The notes under the pieces are model-generated. The model searched no databases. It had not been told where the DNA came from and was given only the letters and a program-made list of their open reading frames with translations. This document shows, piece after piece, positions 37,801-49,800 of a DNA stretch of 64,000 bases; position 1 is the first letter of the stretch; the number at the start of each line of letters is the position of its first letter. The translations under genes and the position numbers were made by a program. The stretch comes from an uncultured Planctomycetia bacterium (GTDB taxonomy: Bacteria > Omnitrophota > Gorgyraeia > 2-02-FULL-51-18), in assembly GCA_964431835.1 (NCBI GenBank), contig CAYSKO010000009.1, forward strand, positions 8,330 through 72,329, in the 5' to 3' direction.

Positions 37801-40800
37801 GACGGCGGCACAGCGTGAGACGTTCCTGCGCACTTTCGAGTCGCGCCTCGTGCCCCCGCCCCCGGGCGCCGGCGTCCAAGCGCGGCAGGGCTTCGGCAAC
37901 AATCAGGCCTTCCGTGTCGGCGGCATGGCGGTGCAGGTTACCTTCGAGCGCGGCTTTAGCAACACCGACGTGATGCGCATCAGTGGCCAGCAGGGACAGG
38001 TCGAGGTGCAGCGCTCAGTCCGCTCGGCGGATGGCACGCAGTCGACGTTCTGGGCGGGCCGCAGCTCCGGGTCCAGCGCCGGGCAGAACGCCTCGCACGC
38101 CGCCGGCGAAGCCCGCCTCGCGACCCTCTCGAGTGGGCCTTTGCGCGAAGCGTTCATCCGCCAGTTCGAAGCGTTCAACTTCTCCCTGAACGCGTCGTTC
38201 GAGAAGAACGGCCAAGCGCAGAATATGCGAATCGCGCAGGCCGGCGCCCGCTTGGAAGTTCAGATCGTCACGGGCGACCAGCACGGCACTATTCTGACCA
38301 CCTGGGTCGCGAGGGGAGACGCGCCCGGTTCGACCGCCCTGGCGAACGCGAGCAGGGTCGCCGCCGACGCGCGCGGCGCCGATCTGCGGACGACCGCAGA
38401 TCGGGAGGCTTTCATCAAAAAGTACGAAGCTCGCGACAACGCGCTTCCTCCGGGGAGCTCGCTGAACGCCCCCGAGCGGGCTCTCTTCCGCACCGGCGGC
38501 TTCGCGGTCCAGGCGACTTTCGAAAGAAACGGTTTCAGCGAACAGATGCGTATCAGCGGGTCCACGGGCCGCCTGGAACTCCTGCGGACGGTCCGCGACC
38601 AATCTGGCACGACCGACGTAAGCGCCTGGATCGGAGAAGGCGGCGGCCGCACGGCGGCCCAGAACGCAAACGATTTCACGACGAAGGCCGCGACCACCGA
38701 TCTTTCCGACTCCACGAAGCGCGAAAATTTCCTCAAAACCTTCGAATCGAAGCTGTCCGGCTTAAATCCCTTGGCACAGGCGTTCCTGGGACTCGTCGGC
38801 GCCGACAACCTTCTATCCGCGCTGGGCGGTTTCTCGATCAACGCGACGTTCGAACGCGAGGGCGTGAGCCAGCAGATGCGCATACAGGGCACCTCGAGCC
38901 AAGTCGAAGTCCAGGTCTTCGTGCGCAGCGGCAACGTCGAGGTCTCGGCGTGGATCGGGCGCAGCGGAGACGCCTCAAGCGCCACCGCGAACGCCAACCT
39001 CTTCGCCAATCGCGCGGCGGCAAGCGACCTCTCCACCCCCGCGCTGCGTGAAACTTTCATGCGCCAGTTCGAATCGACGATGCGTAAGGTCGGTGGGTCC
39101 GCGACCCCCGGGATGCCCGCCGCTCAACAGATGCCGGTCGGCGGATTCTCGGTGATGGCTTCGTTCGAGCAGAACGGTGTGAACCAGCAGATGCGCATCC
39201 AGGGCCAGGGCGCGCAGGTCGAAGTACTCGCCACGGCGCGCGCGCAAGACGGCACGGAGATCTCCGTGTGGGCGGGCCGCTCCGAAGGTCCTGCCGCCGA
39301 GCAGATTTCCGCCGCCGACAAAGCTTCCCGGATTTCGTCTCTCGCCGCGCAGACGGGGCTCACGACCATGGCTTCTCGCGAAGCGTTCATGAAGTCGTTT
39401 GAAGGCGCCCGGTTCTCGGCGAACGCCTCGTTCGAGAAGGACGGCGTCTCCCAATCGATGCGGGTCGGATCTCACGTGGGAGCCGTCGTCGAAGTCCAGG
39501 TCACCGCCAAGAACGCCGCCGGCGTCGTCGTTACCGGCTGGATCCCCCGCACCGCCACCGCTACCGCCACGGAGAACTCCGCCGTGGTCGTCACCGCGGC
39601 GAGCACCGCCAATCTGACCACGACCCGTCAGCGGGTGGCTTTCATGGAGCGCTTCCAGTCCACGCTCCAGCCGATCGGCCCGAACACGCAGGGCCGCGCG
39701 GCGACGGAGCTCGTTCAGACGGGCGGAATTCCGTTCCAAGCCAGCTTCGAGCATCAGGGAATCAGCCAGAACTTCCGCATCACCGGCCCCGGCGCTCGCG
39801 TCGAAATGCAAGTGACCGTCCGTGGCAAAGCCGCAGCCGACGGGACCACCACGGACGTAACCGGCTGGGTCGGCTCGAACCCGGGCGGCGACTTAATCGC
39901 CAATGCCAACGAGCTGGCCAATCGCGCCGCCGCGACCGATCTCAACTCCGTGGCCGCCCGCGTCGCATTCATGCGAACGTTTGAATCGAAGCCGGACCTC
40001 GGCGCGACTCTCGGGGCGGCCATCACCAACCTCCTCACCGGCCAGGGCCTACCGCCGCGCAGCATGGTCCATACGGGCGGCTTCTCTGCGAGCCTCACCT
40101 TCACGATGAACGGCGTCCCGCAGCAGATGCGCGTCATGGGCACGGGCTCCAAGGTCGAAATCTTCACGTCCGTTAAGAACAACGGCGGCACCGTGGTGTC
40201 GGGCTGGATCGGCGGCAACAACACGACGTCTCCCGACCAAGTCGTTTTGAACTTCGCGGCCGCGGCCGAAACCGCCGACCTCTCCACGGGCCCCTTGCGC
40301 GAAACGTTCATGAAGACGTTCGAATCGACCACCGCCGCGGGAACGCGGGCGGAACTCGAAAACCAAGATATGAGCCTCCTGACGCTCGTTCCGCAGGGCG
40401 GTGCGGCTCTGAACGTCACTTTCGAATTGGACGGCGTCACCCAGCAGATGCGCCTCCAGGGCCCCGGCGCGAAAGTCGAAGTTCAGGTGACCGGCCGTTC
40501 CGGCGACGGCACGAATGTCGTCGCGTGGGTCGGTCGCGACAACCGTGGCAACACCGCGGTGGCCAACGCCGACCTCGTTTCGGCCCAGATCGCCGGTTCC
40601 GATCTCGGAAGCGCGCAGACGCGCCTTGCGTTCACGCGCCAGTTCGAAGGTTCGCCGTCGAGCCTCGGCGCCACGAATTCCCTGGGCGTCAGCGAAAACC
40701 AGCTCTTTGCCAACGGGCGCACCGTGAACATGACGTTCGAAACCAACGGCGTGACCCAGCAGATGCGCATCCAGGGCCCCGGCGCGAAAGCGGAGATCTT

Positions 40801-43800
40801 CGTCCAGGCGCGCGGCACCGACGGCACCGAGGTCGGCGCGTGGATCGGCGGTACGACGAGCAACAACGCGTTCGCCATCGGCGGTCCCGACGCGGTCGCC
40901 AACGTCGCCGCGTTTGCCAACGCGGCCGCCGCCACGGACCTCGGCAATTCCGCCAACCGCGAGACGTTCATGCGGACGTTCGAAAGCAAGAATTTCCCGA
41001 TCCAGGCCACCTTCGAAAAGGGCGGTATCACCCAGCAGATGCGCATCCAGGGCCCCGGCTCGCAGGTCGAAGTGCTCGTCCAGACGAAGTCCAAGGACGG
41101 CGTCGTGCTCGGTCTCTGGGTGGGCCGCGGTGCCGGGCAGAGCGCCACTCAGAACGCGGGCACGCTCGCCGCCGAAGCCGCCGACCACGACATGCGGACT
41201 CAGCCCCAGCGCGAAGCGTTCCTCTCACGGTATGTGCGCGAGCCCGCGACGAGCGCCACCGCCCAGGCCCAGGGCTTCAGCCCGAACCAGGTCTTCCCGG
41301 CGGGTTTCTCGGTGAACGCGACGTTCGAACTGAACGGCGTGAGCCAGCAAATGCGCATCCAGGGCCCCGGTTCCAAGGTCGAGATACTCGTTACCGCCAA
41401 GAGCCACGATGGTACCGACACCGCCACGTGGATCGGCGGAGGGAACGGCCTCTCCGCGAGCCAGGTCGGCCGTGCGTTCCAGCTCGCGGTCTCGACGGCC
41501 AATCTCACGACCGCCGCCCAGCGCATCGACTTTATGCGTCCTTACGAGCGCGCCGGCCACGCGGTCAGCGTCACGTTCGAGAAGAACGGCGTGAGCCAGC
41601 AGATGCGCATCACTGGCCCCGGCGCCCAGCTCGAAGTGCAGGTCATGGCCCGCGGCACCGACGGCACGATCGCGACCGCGTGGGTCGGCCGCGGTAATTC
41701 ACGCGACCACGTCGCAAACTTGAACGAATTCGCAAATCTCGCGGCCCGCGCGAACCTCTCCACTCCGGAGCGTCGCGAGGCGTTCCTTCGCCAGTTCGAG
41801 CAGTCGAACGTTCCTCCGCCGTCGGCCGCCGACGTGAACGCCGGCACCGCCAACGGAACGTCGCCGATCACCATCGGGACGGCGGGCACGCGCACGGGCG
41901 CGTCCTACGGCCTCACGGTTACCTTCGAGAAGGACGACATCACCCAGACGATGCGCATCGCGCAGGCGGGCGGGCAGGTCGAAGTCCAGGTGAGCGCCAC
42001 CAGCACGGACGGCACGCGCGTCACCGCGTGGGTCGGTCGCACGAACCGCGAGAGCGCTTCGAGGACGGCCGAGATCGTGGGCGGCTCGATTCAGTCCGCC
42101 GACCTCTCGACCCCCGAGAAACGCCTCGAATTCATGAAAACCTTCGAACGCAACGGCTCCGACCTCACCGGCGATGCCGCGACGACGTTCAACCGCCAGC
42201 GCGGCTTCTCGCTCTCGATGACCTTCGAGAAGGACGGCGTCACCCAGCAGATGCGCATCCAGGGCCACAACCGCGAAGTGCAGGTGTTCGCGCAGTTCCG
42301 CTCGGCGGACGGCGTCCTCTGTGGCGCGTGGGTGGGCGCGGGCCGCGGCGGCGCGAATGCCGTTGCCGCTTCCACGGCGCTCGTTAACGAAGGCACCGCC
42401 GCGAACCTTGCCACGGAAGACCAGCGCGTCTCGTTCCTTCAGGGCTTCGAGGTCGCGCAGGGCGGCGTCGACATCTCGGTCAATTTTGAAGTGGGCGGCG
42501 TGCTTGTGCAGTCGATCCGCATGAACGTCACGCCGCGGGCCGACGCGCAGAACGGCGACCGCAATTTCACGATGACGATCACCGACTACAACCCGAACGG
42601 CACGCCTTCGCGCGAACGCACCACCGAAGGCGTGCTCGTCAACCGGATCCAAGTCACGTACCAGCAGCGCCACGAGGCGTCGGTGAGCCGCGCCATCGGG
42701 GACCAGTTCCGGGCCGCCGGCAGGGGCCTCGCCGGTTTCGTGGCGGGCGGCGGCGTGTCGATCAGCACTGTCGGCCTCGTCACCGGCACTTTCAGGGGCG
42801 GAATGGCTTTCGTCTCCGCCCAACGCGACCCGACAGCCGATTACTACACGACCGAAACGTACATGCAGGACTTGAATCCTCCCGTGTGGGACGCCCGCAC
42901 GACGACGACGCGCGAGTTCACTTACAACCCCGACGGCAGCTCCTCGGTCGACACGACGCGCACAACGCACAACGCAGGCGTTTTCGACCACTACACCGAC
43001 ACCTTCGTTCCCGCGGGCGCCGCCACGACGACGGTCGAACATTCCGAGTACAACGCCGACGGCGACCGCACGCGGATGACCTCGACGACCACGAACCACC
43101 AGAGCGGGCAAGTGACCGAGCAGAACGGGACCGGCGCTCGAGACGCGGCGACCGGCCAGTGGGTCGAGACGATCAATACGACAGTGAGCAACACGCTGGC
43201 CGGCGGCGCCGACGGCACCGCGGCCGATCAGCCGACGAGCCGCACGCGCGACGTGATCCGCTTCGACGCCGACCACCGCGAAGTTTCCCGCACGCACACG
43301 GATGTCAACGCCGCGGGCGTCGAGTCGAACCCCGTGACCACGCAGCGTATCGTGTACAACGACGGCTCGGTCGGCGTGCAGACCACGCGCGGTGCGCTCG
43401 ACGGCCCGCGGACGGTGCACTTCCAGCGCCTCGACGAGAACGGTGCGCTCATCCCAGGTTCGAGCGTCATGCAGGTGTTCGGTGGCGCGGGCAACACGCT
43501 CGCGGCGTACACGATCCAGGTGAACGTGGCCCGTGAAGGACAGCCCCCGCGTTTCGAGGCGCGTTCGACGATCGTGAACCCGAGCGTTACGCTGAACGGG
43601 CAGAACGGGTACATGAGCATCGGCGTCTCGGCGTCGCACCAGCGCGCGATCGACACCTACGGCCTCACTCGGAACGCCAACGGCACCTACAGCAAGGCCG
43701 GCGACACCGGAGTTTACCGTCTGAACGCCGACGGCACCGTCCACTACTCGGGGGGAATGGTGGGCGGGACGTACAACCGTCCGTCCACCCTGACGCATTA

Positions 43801-46800
43801 CACCGCCGAGGGAAGCGGGGTCTGGAGCTTCGAGTTGTCCGCCGCCGGCCCGCCAGCCGCCGGTCAGCTGTACTTCATCGCTGCGGACACGACCACAGGC
43901 CCGACGACGGCCTCGCACCGAACGATCGCCACGCTCTACAACCTTTCGTCCGTGAACGGGAGCAGCAATTTCGCGAACTCCGACACGAATTTCCGTTACA
44001 CGTTCCAAGCCGACGGCACGGTCCTCGCGACGGACGTCCGCACCGGCCGCTCTCAGGTGGGCACGCTGAACGCCGCCGGAAACGGGGTTACGTGGAATGA
44101 GAACGCTTCGCCGCGGGCTCCCGCAGGCGGCGGTCCCATCGCGGTGACGTTGCCGGGCAACGACACCGTCACGCTGACCGGCGGCACGAGCGGCTTCCGC
44201 ATCACCGAGAACGGCACGGCGATGACGACCGAAGACATGATTTTCGCGGGTCCCGGCGGCCAGAGCCAAGTGCTCCGCCGTGGTGCCGAACTCAGCCTTT
44301 CGAACGATACAAACCACAACGTTAGCATCATCTCGGGCGTGATGGAATTCAACGGCGGCGCTTCCGCCAATCTCCCGAACGGCCACCTTCAGACCATCCA
44401 GCCTCCGACCCCGCCCGCCGAAGGGGACACGAGCAACGACCGGAATCAGGCCTCCGGCCCTACGACTAGTTCCCCCGGCCTCAACACGACTATCTCGCGC
44501 GACCCCGGCGGCCGCCTTCGCCTCACGGGCTCCATCGCGATCCAGAACAATCAATTCGTGATCACCGAAGGCCAGCGGATCAATATCAATACCACCGGCG
44601 ACTTCCGCTTCGGCGACCGGGCGATGACCCAGCAGGGCTCGTTCATGTTCGCGCGCCTCACCGAGCCCGATCCGAAGAAGCGCGAAGCGAACCCGAATCG
44701 CAACCAGCGCGCCGAGATCGTGACGCTCGGCGACTGGCAGTCGAACCAGCGCGCGCACCTGAGCCACACGTTCCCCAAGGAAGGCGCGACCGGGCTCCAG
44801 CGCCATTACAAGACTGAGGCCGAAAACGCGATCAACGATGGCAACGCCTCCCGCGCAAGCGCCGCGATGAACATGATCAGCGCCGCGGGCCAGGCCTACG
44901 CCATCCGCGAGCTTTCGGGCAGCGGCGCCCGAGAGCTTAACGACGTCGCGCAGAGCGGCACCTTCAACAACTTCGGGTACAATGACGTTCTCACCGAAAT
45001 GGACGAAGCGCAGCTTGCGCAAATCATCGGCGGCAACCGCCAGTTCGCCGCGTTTGTCGGGACTTATATGACCCTCCGCGGCATCCACCAGCAGCAGGAA
45101 GCTCACAAGGACGACGACGACGTGAAGGCCCAGCGCGCGCAGTTGGCCGCCATCGGCTTCAACCTGAGCAGCGACTACGATTGCGCCCGCTTGGCGCAGG
45201 CTCTCTCGGAGCCAGACTCCATGCTCCGCATCGAAGTGGGAGGCACGAGCCGCTACCTCCGCACCAAGGACGTCGAGGTCGGCGGCAAGAAACTCGAGAA
45301 GTGGGTCAAGGACGCTTCCAGCGACCTGCGCACGTGGTTCGACGAAAAGGCCTACGAAGAGAACGGTGGCAGCGGCAGCAAACTCACGTGGTGGGACCGC
45401 AACAAGTCGTACGTGTACATCGTGGGCGCGATCGCGCTCGCCGCCGCCACCTGCTGGATCCCGGGCGTGAACGTCGTGACGGCCTCCATCGCCGCGGGCG
45501 TCGCGTTCACGGTCGCGGTCGTGGCGCAGGTCGTCGCGAAAGGCCTCGACAATCTCCGCAAAGGCAACGGCTTCTTCACCGGGATGGCGACGGAGTGGAA
45601 TTGGAGCCCGATCGATAAGAACGGCATCCTTTTCAACGCAATCAACGCGGCCGCGCAGAGCTTCGCGCTCGCCAACGGCCTTGCGGCGCTGGGCCAGCTC
45701 GTGAATCACATCAAGTCCGCCGCCGACGTCGCAAAGAACGCGGGCCAAACGCTGACCACCGTGCAGCGCGTGGCGACCTCGGTGCAGGCCATGGGCACCG
45801 TGACCCGCGCGGTCACCTTGGGCCTTACGTTCGCCGCGGCGAACGTGGCGATGACCGTCGGTGCGCAAGCCGTCGAGAACATCCTGAGCGGGAAGGATAT
45901 CGGGCACAAGATCACGGCCGGAATGGTGTGGACCGCCGCCATTCAAGGTTTCGTCGTGGGCGTCACGGCGGGTTACGGCGCGAGAATGTACGGCGCGAAA
46001 GAGGCTTTCGCCAAGGCCACCGCGGGAATGCTCACGCGCGGCGCCATCACCAACGGCGTCATCGCGACCGCTCGCGCGGTTCAGTACGGCGTGATGTTCA
46101 CGGTGCCGTCCATGATCATGTGCGGTCTCGGCTTCCTCCTGGCCGCGGAAGTAGGCGCCGCGGCGGACGGCAAGACTCTGACCACGACCGACCGCGTCAC
46201 CGCGTTCGTCTCCGGCGCGATCGTCGGCATGATCATCAACTACGCGACCTCCCACAAGGCGACCGCGAAACTGAACGATTTCGCCAAGAACACCGGCAAG
46301 CTCGGAAGCGAATCCGGCAAAGGATTCCGGGACGGCGTCAAGTGGACCTACCAGCAGGGCTCCGCGTGGCACGTCACGAAGACATTCGGTCTGGGCGCCC
46401 TGGAGTGGGGCACGATGGTGTCGGTTCCGTTCACGATCGCCAACGGCCTCGTCGACGCGATGAAGAACGGGTTCGCCAACGGCGGTGGCATCGCGGGCGC
46501 CCTCAAGGGCATCATCGGCTGGTTCCACCCGATGACCGGCTTCACGATCCGGGGTCCGAGCGGCAAGCAGGACGATCAGGTCCGCATCGGTTCGCGCCAC
46601 GGCCTCGGCATGCTCTCGAACGCGATGACGCACGGCTTCATGGAAGGCCTCTATCTGAAGCCCATTCTCGGCGCCTTCCAGAAAGTGCACACGGCGCCCC
46701 CCCTCGGCGCTCCGGTTCAGGGGTGGGGCGGCTGGGCGATCGAGAAGTCGGTCCATCTCACATTCGACCAGGCGCACATGGCGTTCGAAATGGACTTCAT

Positions 46801-49800
46801 CAGCCGGGCGCTCGAGCTGGCCTCCCAGAAAGACGAGCACGGACACGACCGCGCCAGCACTGGTTTCAACGCTTTCACGGCGAACCTCATCATGTGGACG
46901 GTGCTCATCACGAAGCCCGAGGCGCTTTCGCGCGGCGGGTTCAAGGAATTCGCCCGCGAGATGAAAACCCACGCCGCGCAGGCCGAAGGCGTCCGCGCGA
47001 CGGGCCAGGGCAAGAACGACGGCGGGCTCAATACGAGCGTCGCGCGTCCCGAGACGATCGCCGAGACCGGCCAGCGCCTTGCCGAAAGCACGGCCGCCGA
47101 ACGCCAGACCGCCGCCGAAGAAGCTCCAAAGCATCAGCAGGCCGCTCATGAGCAGCTGAACCAGGATCTCGCCAACAACGTCCCGAAGGCGGAAGCGGTC
47201 GCCCGTTTCAATATGAACGTCGCTGAGGCGGACGCATCCAATGCCGCACGGACCCACGGCACCGGCTCCACCCAGCACTCCGAGGCGCTCACGCGGCTTT
47301 CGAACGCGCTCGCTGACGGTCAGGGCAAACTGCCGAAGGCCGAATTCGAAGCCGCCAAGCAGAATCTCACGGAACAATTGAACGAGGTCAACGCGTACCT
47401 CGCAGGCGGCACAGCGACGAACGCCGAGCTCGCGGCCGCCGCGCACCTCGCCGTCGCCGCCGCTCCGGTCGCCGGGCAGACGGCGCTCGCCACGACCGTT
47501 CTTCAGCAGATGCGGACGGCCGTCGCCGCGAACCCGGCCGAGGCCAAACAACTGGTCGACGCGTTCCGTGCGATGAATACCGCCTTCCAGACGTCCGTCT
47601 GGGACTCTGTACGCAAGTTGCTGACCGGCGAAGGGAACCCCATGACAGCGCTCCTCGCCGACGCCGCCGCGAACGTGGCCCGCACCGCCCTCGACGCGTG
47701 CAGGCCGGAGAACGTCGTCGACGCCGCTTCGGCGAAAGCCGCTTCCGAGGTGCTCAGCGCGCTGAACGGCGAAAAAGTCTTCCAGAACGCGATGAGCGAC
47801 GGGCAGAAGGCGCAGGTCCAAGCCCGCGCGCTCGAAATCGAAACGAAGGTCGGCGAGCTCATGAAGACGGAAGTCGACGTCACGAATCTCGAGATCTTGA
47901 TCGACACGATCTCCGCTCTCCAGGGCGTGAACGCCGCGGTCGGCACGGCCTCCGCCGCCACGATGCTCGAAGCCACGGGCAAGGCCCGCACGGCGGCTCT
48001 CGACAAGCTCCGCGAATCCAACCCCACGAAGGACGGTTACGACAAGGCCCTTGAAAACACCGAAAAGGCGTTCGAGCTGAGCACGAAAGCCACGGCGATC
48101 GTGACGCGCTCCACGGCGAAGACGCCCGCCGTCAAAGCCGCGCTCCAGACTAACGCCGACAGTCTGCTCAAGGATTCGGCGACGGCCCGCGAGAAGGTCA
48201 CGGCGGACTTGGAAGGCGCCATGGGCCCCTCGAAGGCCGGACTCAAGTTCATCGGCAGCATGATGAAGTTCCTTCAGGCCAACGCGAGCTTCCTGTCGGC
48301 CGCGATGCTCGAGATGAAGAACGCGGGTGTCAAGATCGACGCCGACGGCGTGAAGGCCAATCTCAAAGCGGTCGTGGCGACCGTCGAAAAGGCGCTGACT
48401 TTCGTCGCAGAGAATTTCGCCGATTTCGCGAAGTTGGGCCTGGACGGCCTGAACATGGTCGCCGACGTCATGAAGGCTTCGATGGATCTCCTGCGCCTGG
48501 CGGCCAAGGAAGGCGTCAATATCGAGGCGGCGACCGTGAAGCTCGTCGAATTGGCCGGCAAGTTCATGGCCCACATCGCGGACGCCAACATCGAGAAGCT
48601 CGTGGGCGGCGACTCCGGCAAGCTGCTGAATCTCGCGAACATCATCAACATCAACGCCCAGGCCATTAAGTTCGCCGCCGACGTCCTCGGTCCCGAGCAC
48701 GCGGCCGTTCAGGAAGCGGCGGAACACCTGGCGAACGCGATCACGAAGGTGAACACCTACATCGCCAACAACGTGAACCGCCTCATCGGAACCGACGCCG
48801 CGAAGCTCGCGGACGTGGCGAACGCCCTCACGATGAACGCGCAAAGCCTGCGCGTGGCCGCCGAGATCCTCGGTTTCGAGAACTCCGCGGTCCAGAAGGC
48901 CGCCACGACTCTCGCGGACGCCATCACGAAGGTCACGAATCACGTCACGAAGAACCTCGCGGCGATGGTCGGCGGGGACGCGAACAAGCTCGCGACCGTC
49001 GCTTCGGCCATCCTCGCCAACGCCTCGTCGCTCGGTGTCTCGGCCTCGATCCTCGGACACGGCCACGCGTCGGTCGTCGCGGCGTCCCGCGCGATCACGA
49101 ACGCCGTCCGGGCTATCACCGCACACACGAGCGCCAACTTCAACGCCCTGGTCAAGGACGCGAGGTCGCTCGAGAAAGTCACGACGGCCCTCGCCGACGC
49201 GGTCACCGCCCTCACGCGCGTCGCCACCAGCATGTCGCTCAACGCCAAGGACTACCGCAAGCTGAGCGAGGCCTCCGGCGAAGTGTTCTCGCTCATCGCG
49301 GGCAAGGTGTCCTCGGCGATCTCGACGATGGCGGACAAGGCCTCGACCGCCGCCGAGATGCGCAGCGTCGCCAACGCCCTCACGAAGGCGATCAACGCCG
49401 TGAACGTGATGGCTCAGCGCAACATGGTGGACGGCGTCGACGCCGCGAAGGTGACCGAGCGCCTGAGCAAGACGCTGGTGAAAGTGCTCGAAACGATGTC
49501 GGGCCAGAAGGCCAAGGGCAACACGCTTGCCGAGAAGATGAAGAACGCCCTCGAGAATTCCGTGAAGGGCGAAATCTGGTCGGGCCTCGAGACGGGCGCC
49601 AAAGCCGACATGCTGAAGGCCGCCCGCGCGGCTCTAGGCGGTGAAGCCGCCCGCGTGATGGGTGAAGGCGAGATCGGCGCCGCTGTCAAACAGGTCTCGG
49701 ATCATTACACGAAGCAGGCCGAGAGGGAGATGGCCAACGGCAAGGTCGGCGAAGCCGCCGAGTCGTACTCCGAGGCGCTCCGCGTCGATCCGATGTCGGC

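Noticed and set aside
41699-49126. 2475-aa minus-strand ORF, plus other long minus ORFs (2570..7240, 11777..15691, 19955..23053, 26528..29248, 33686..36475, 49634..51988, 55025..57382)
   Set aside because: They are in exact codon register with the real +2 frame (antisense shadows). They stay open because TTA/CTA/TCA are rare in this GC-rich gene, and their translations are R/V/G/L-rich with no motifs.
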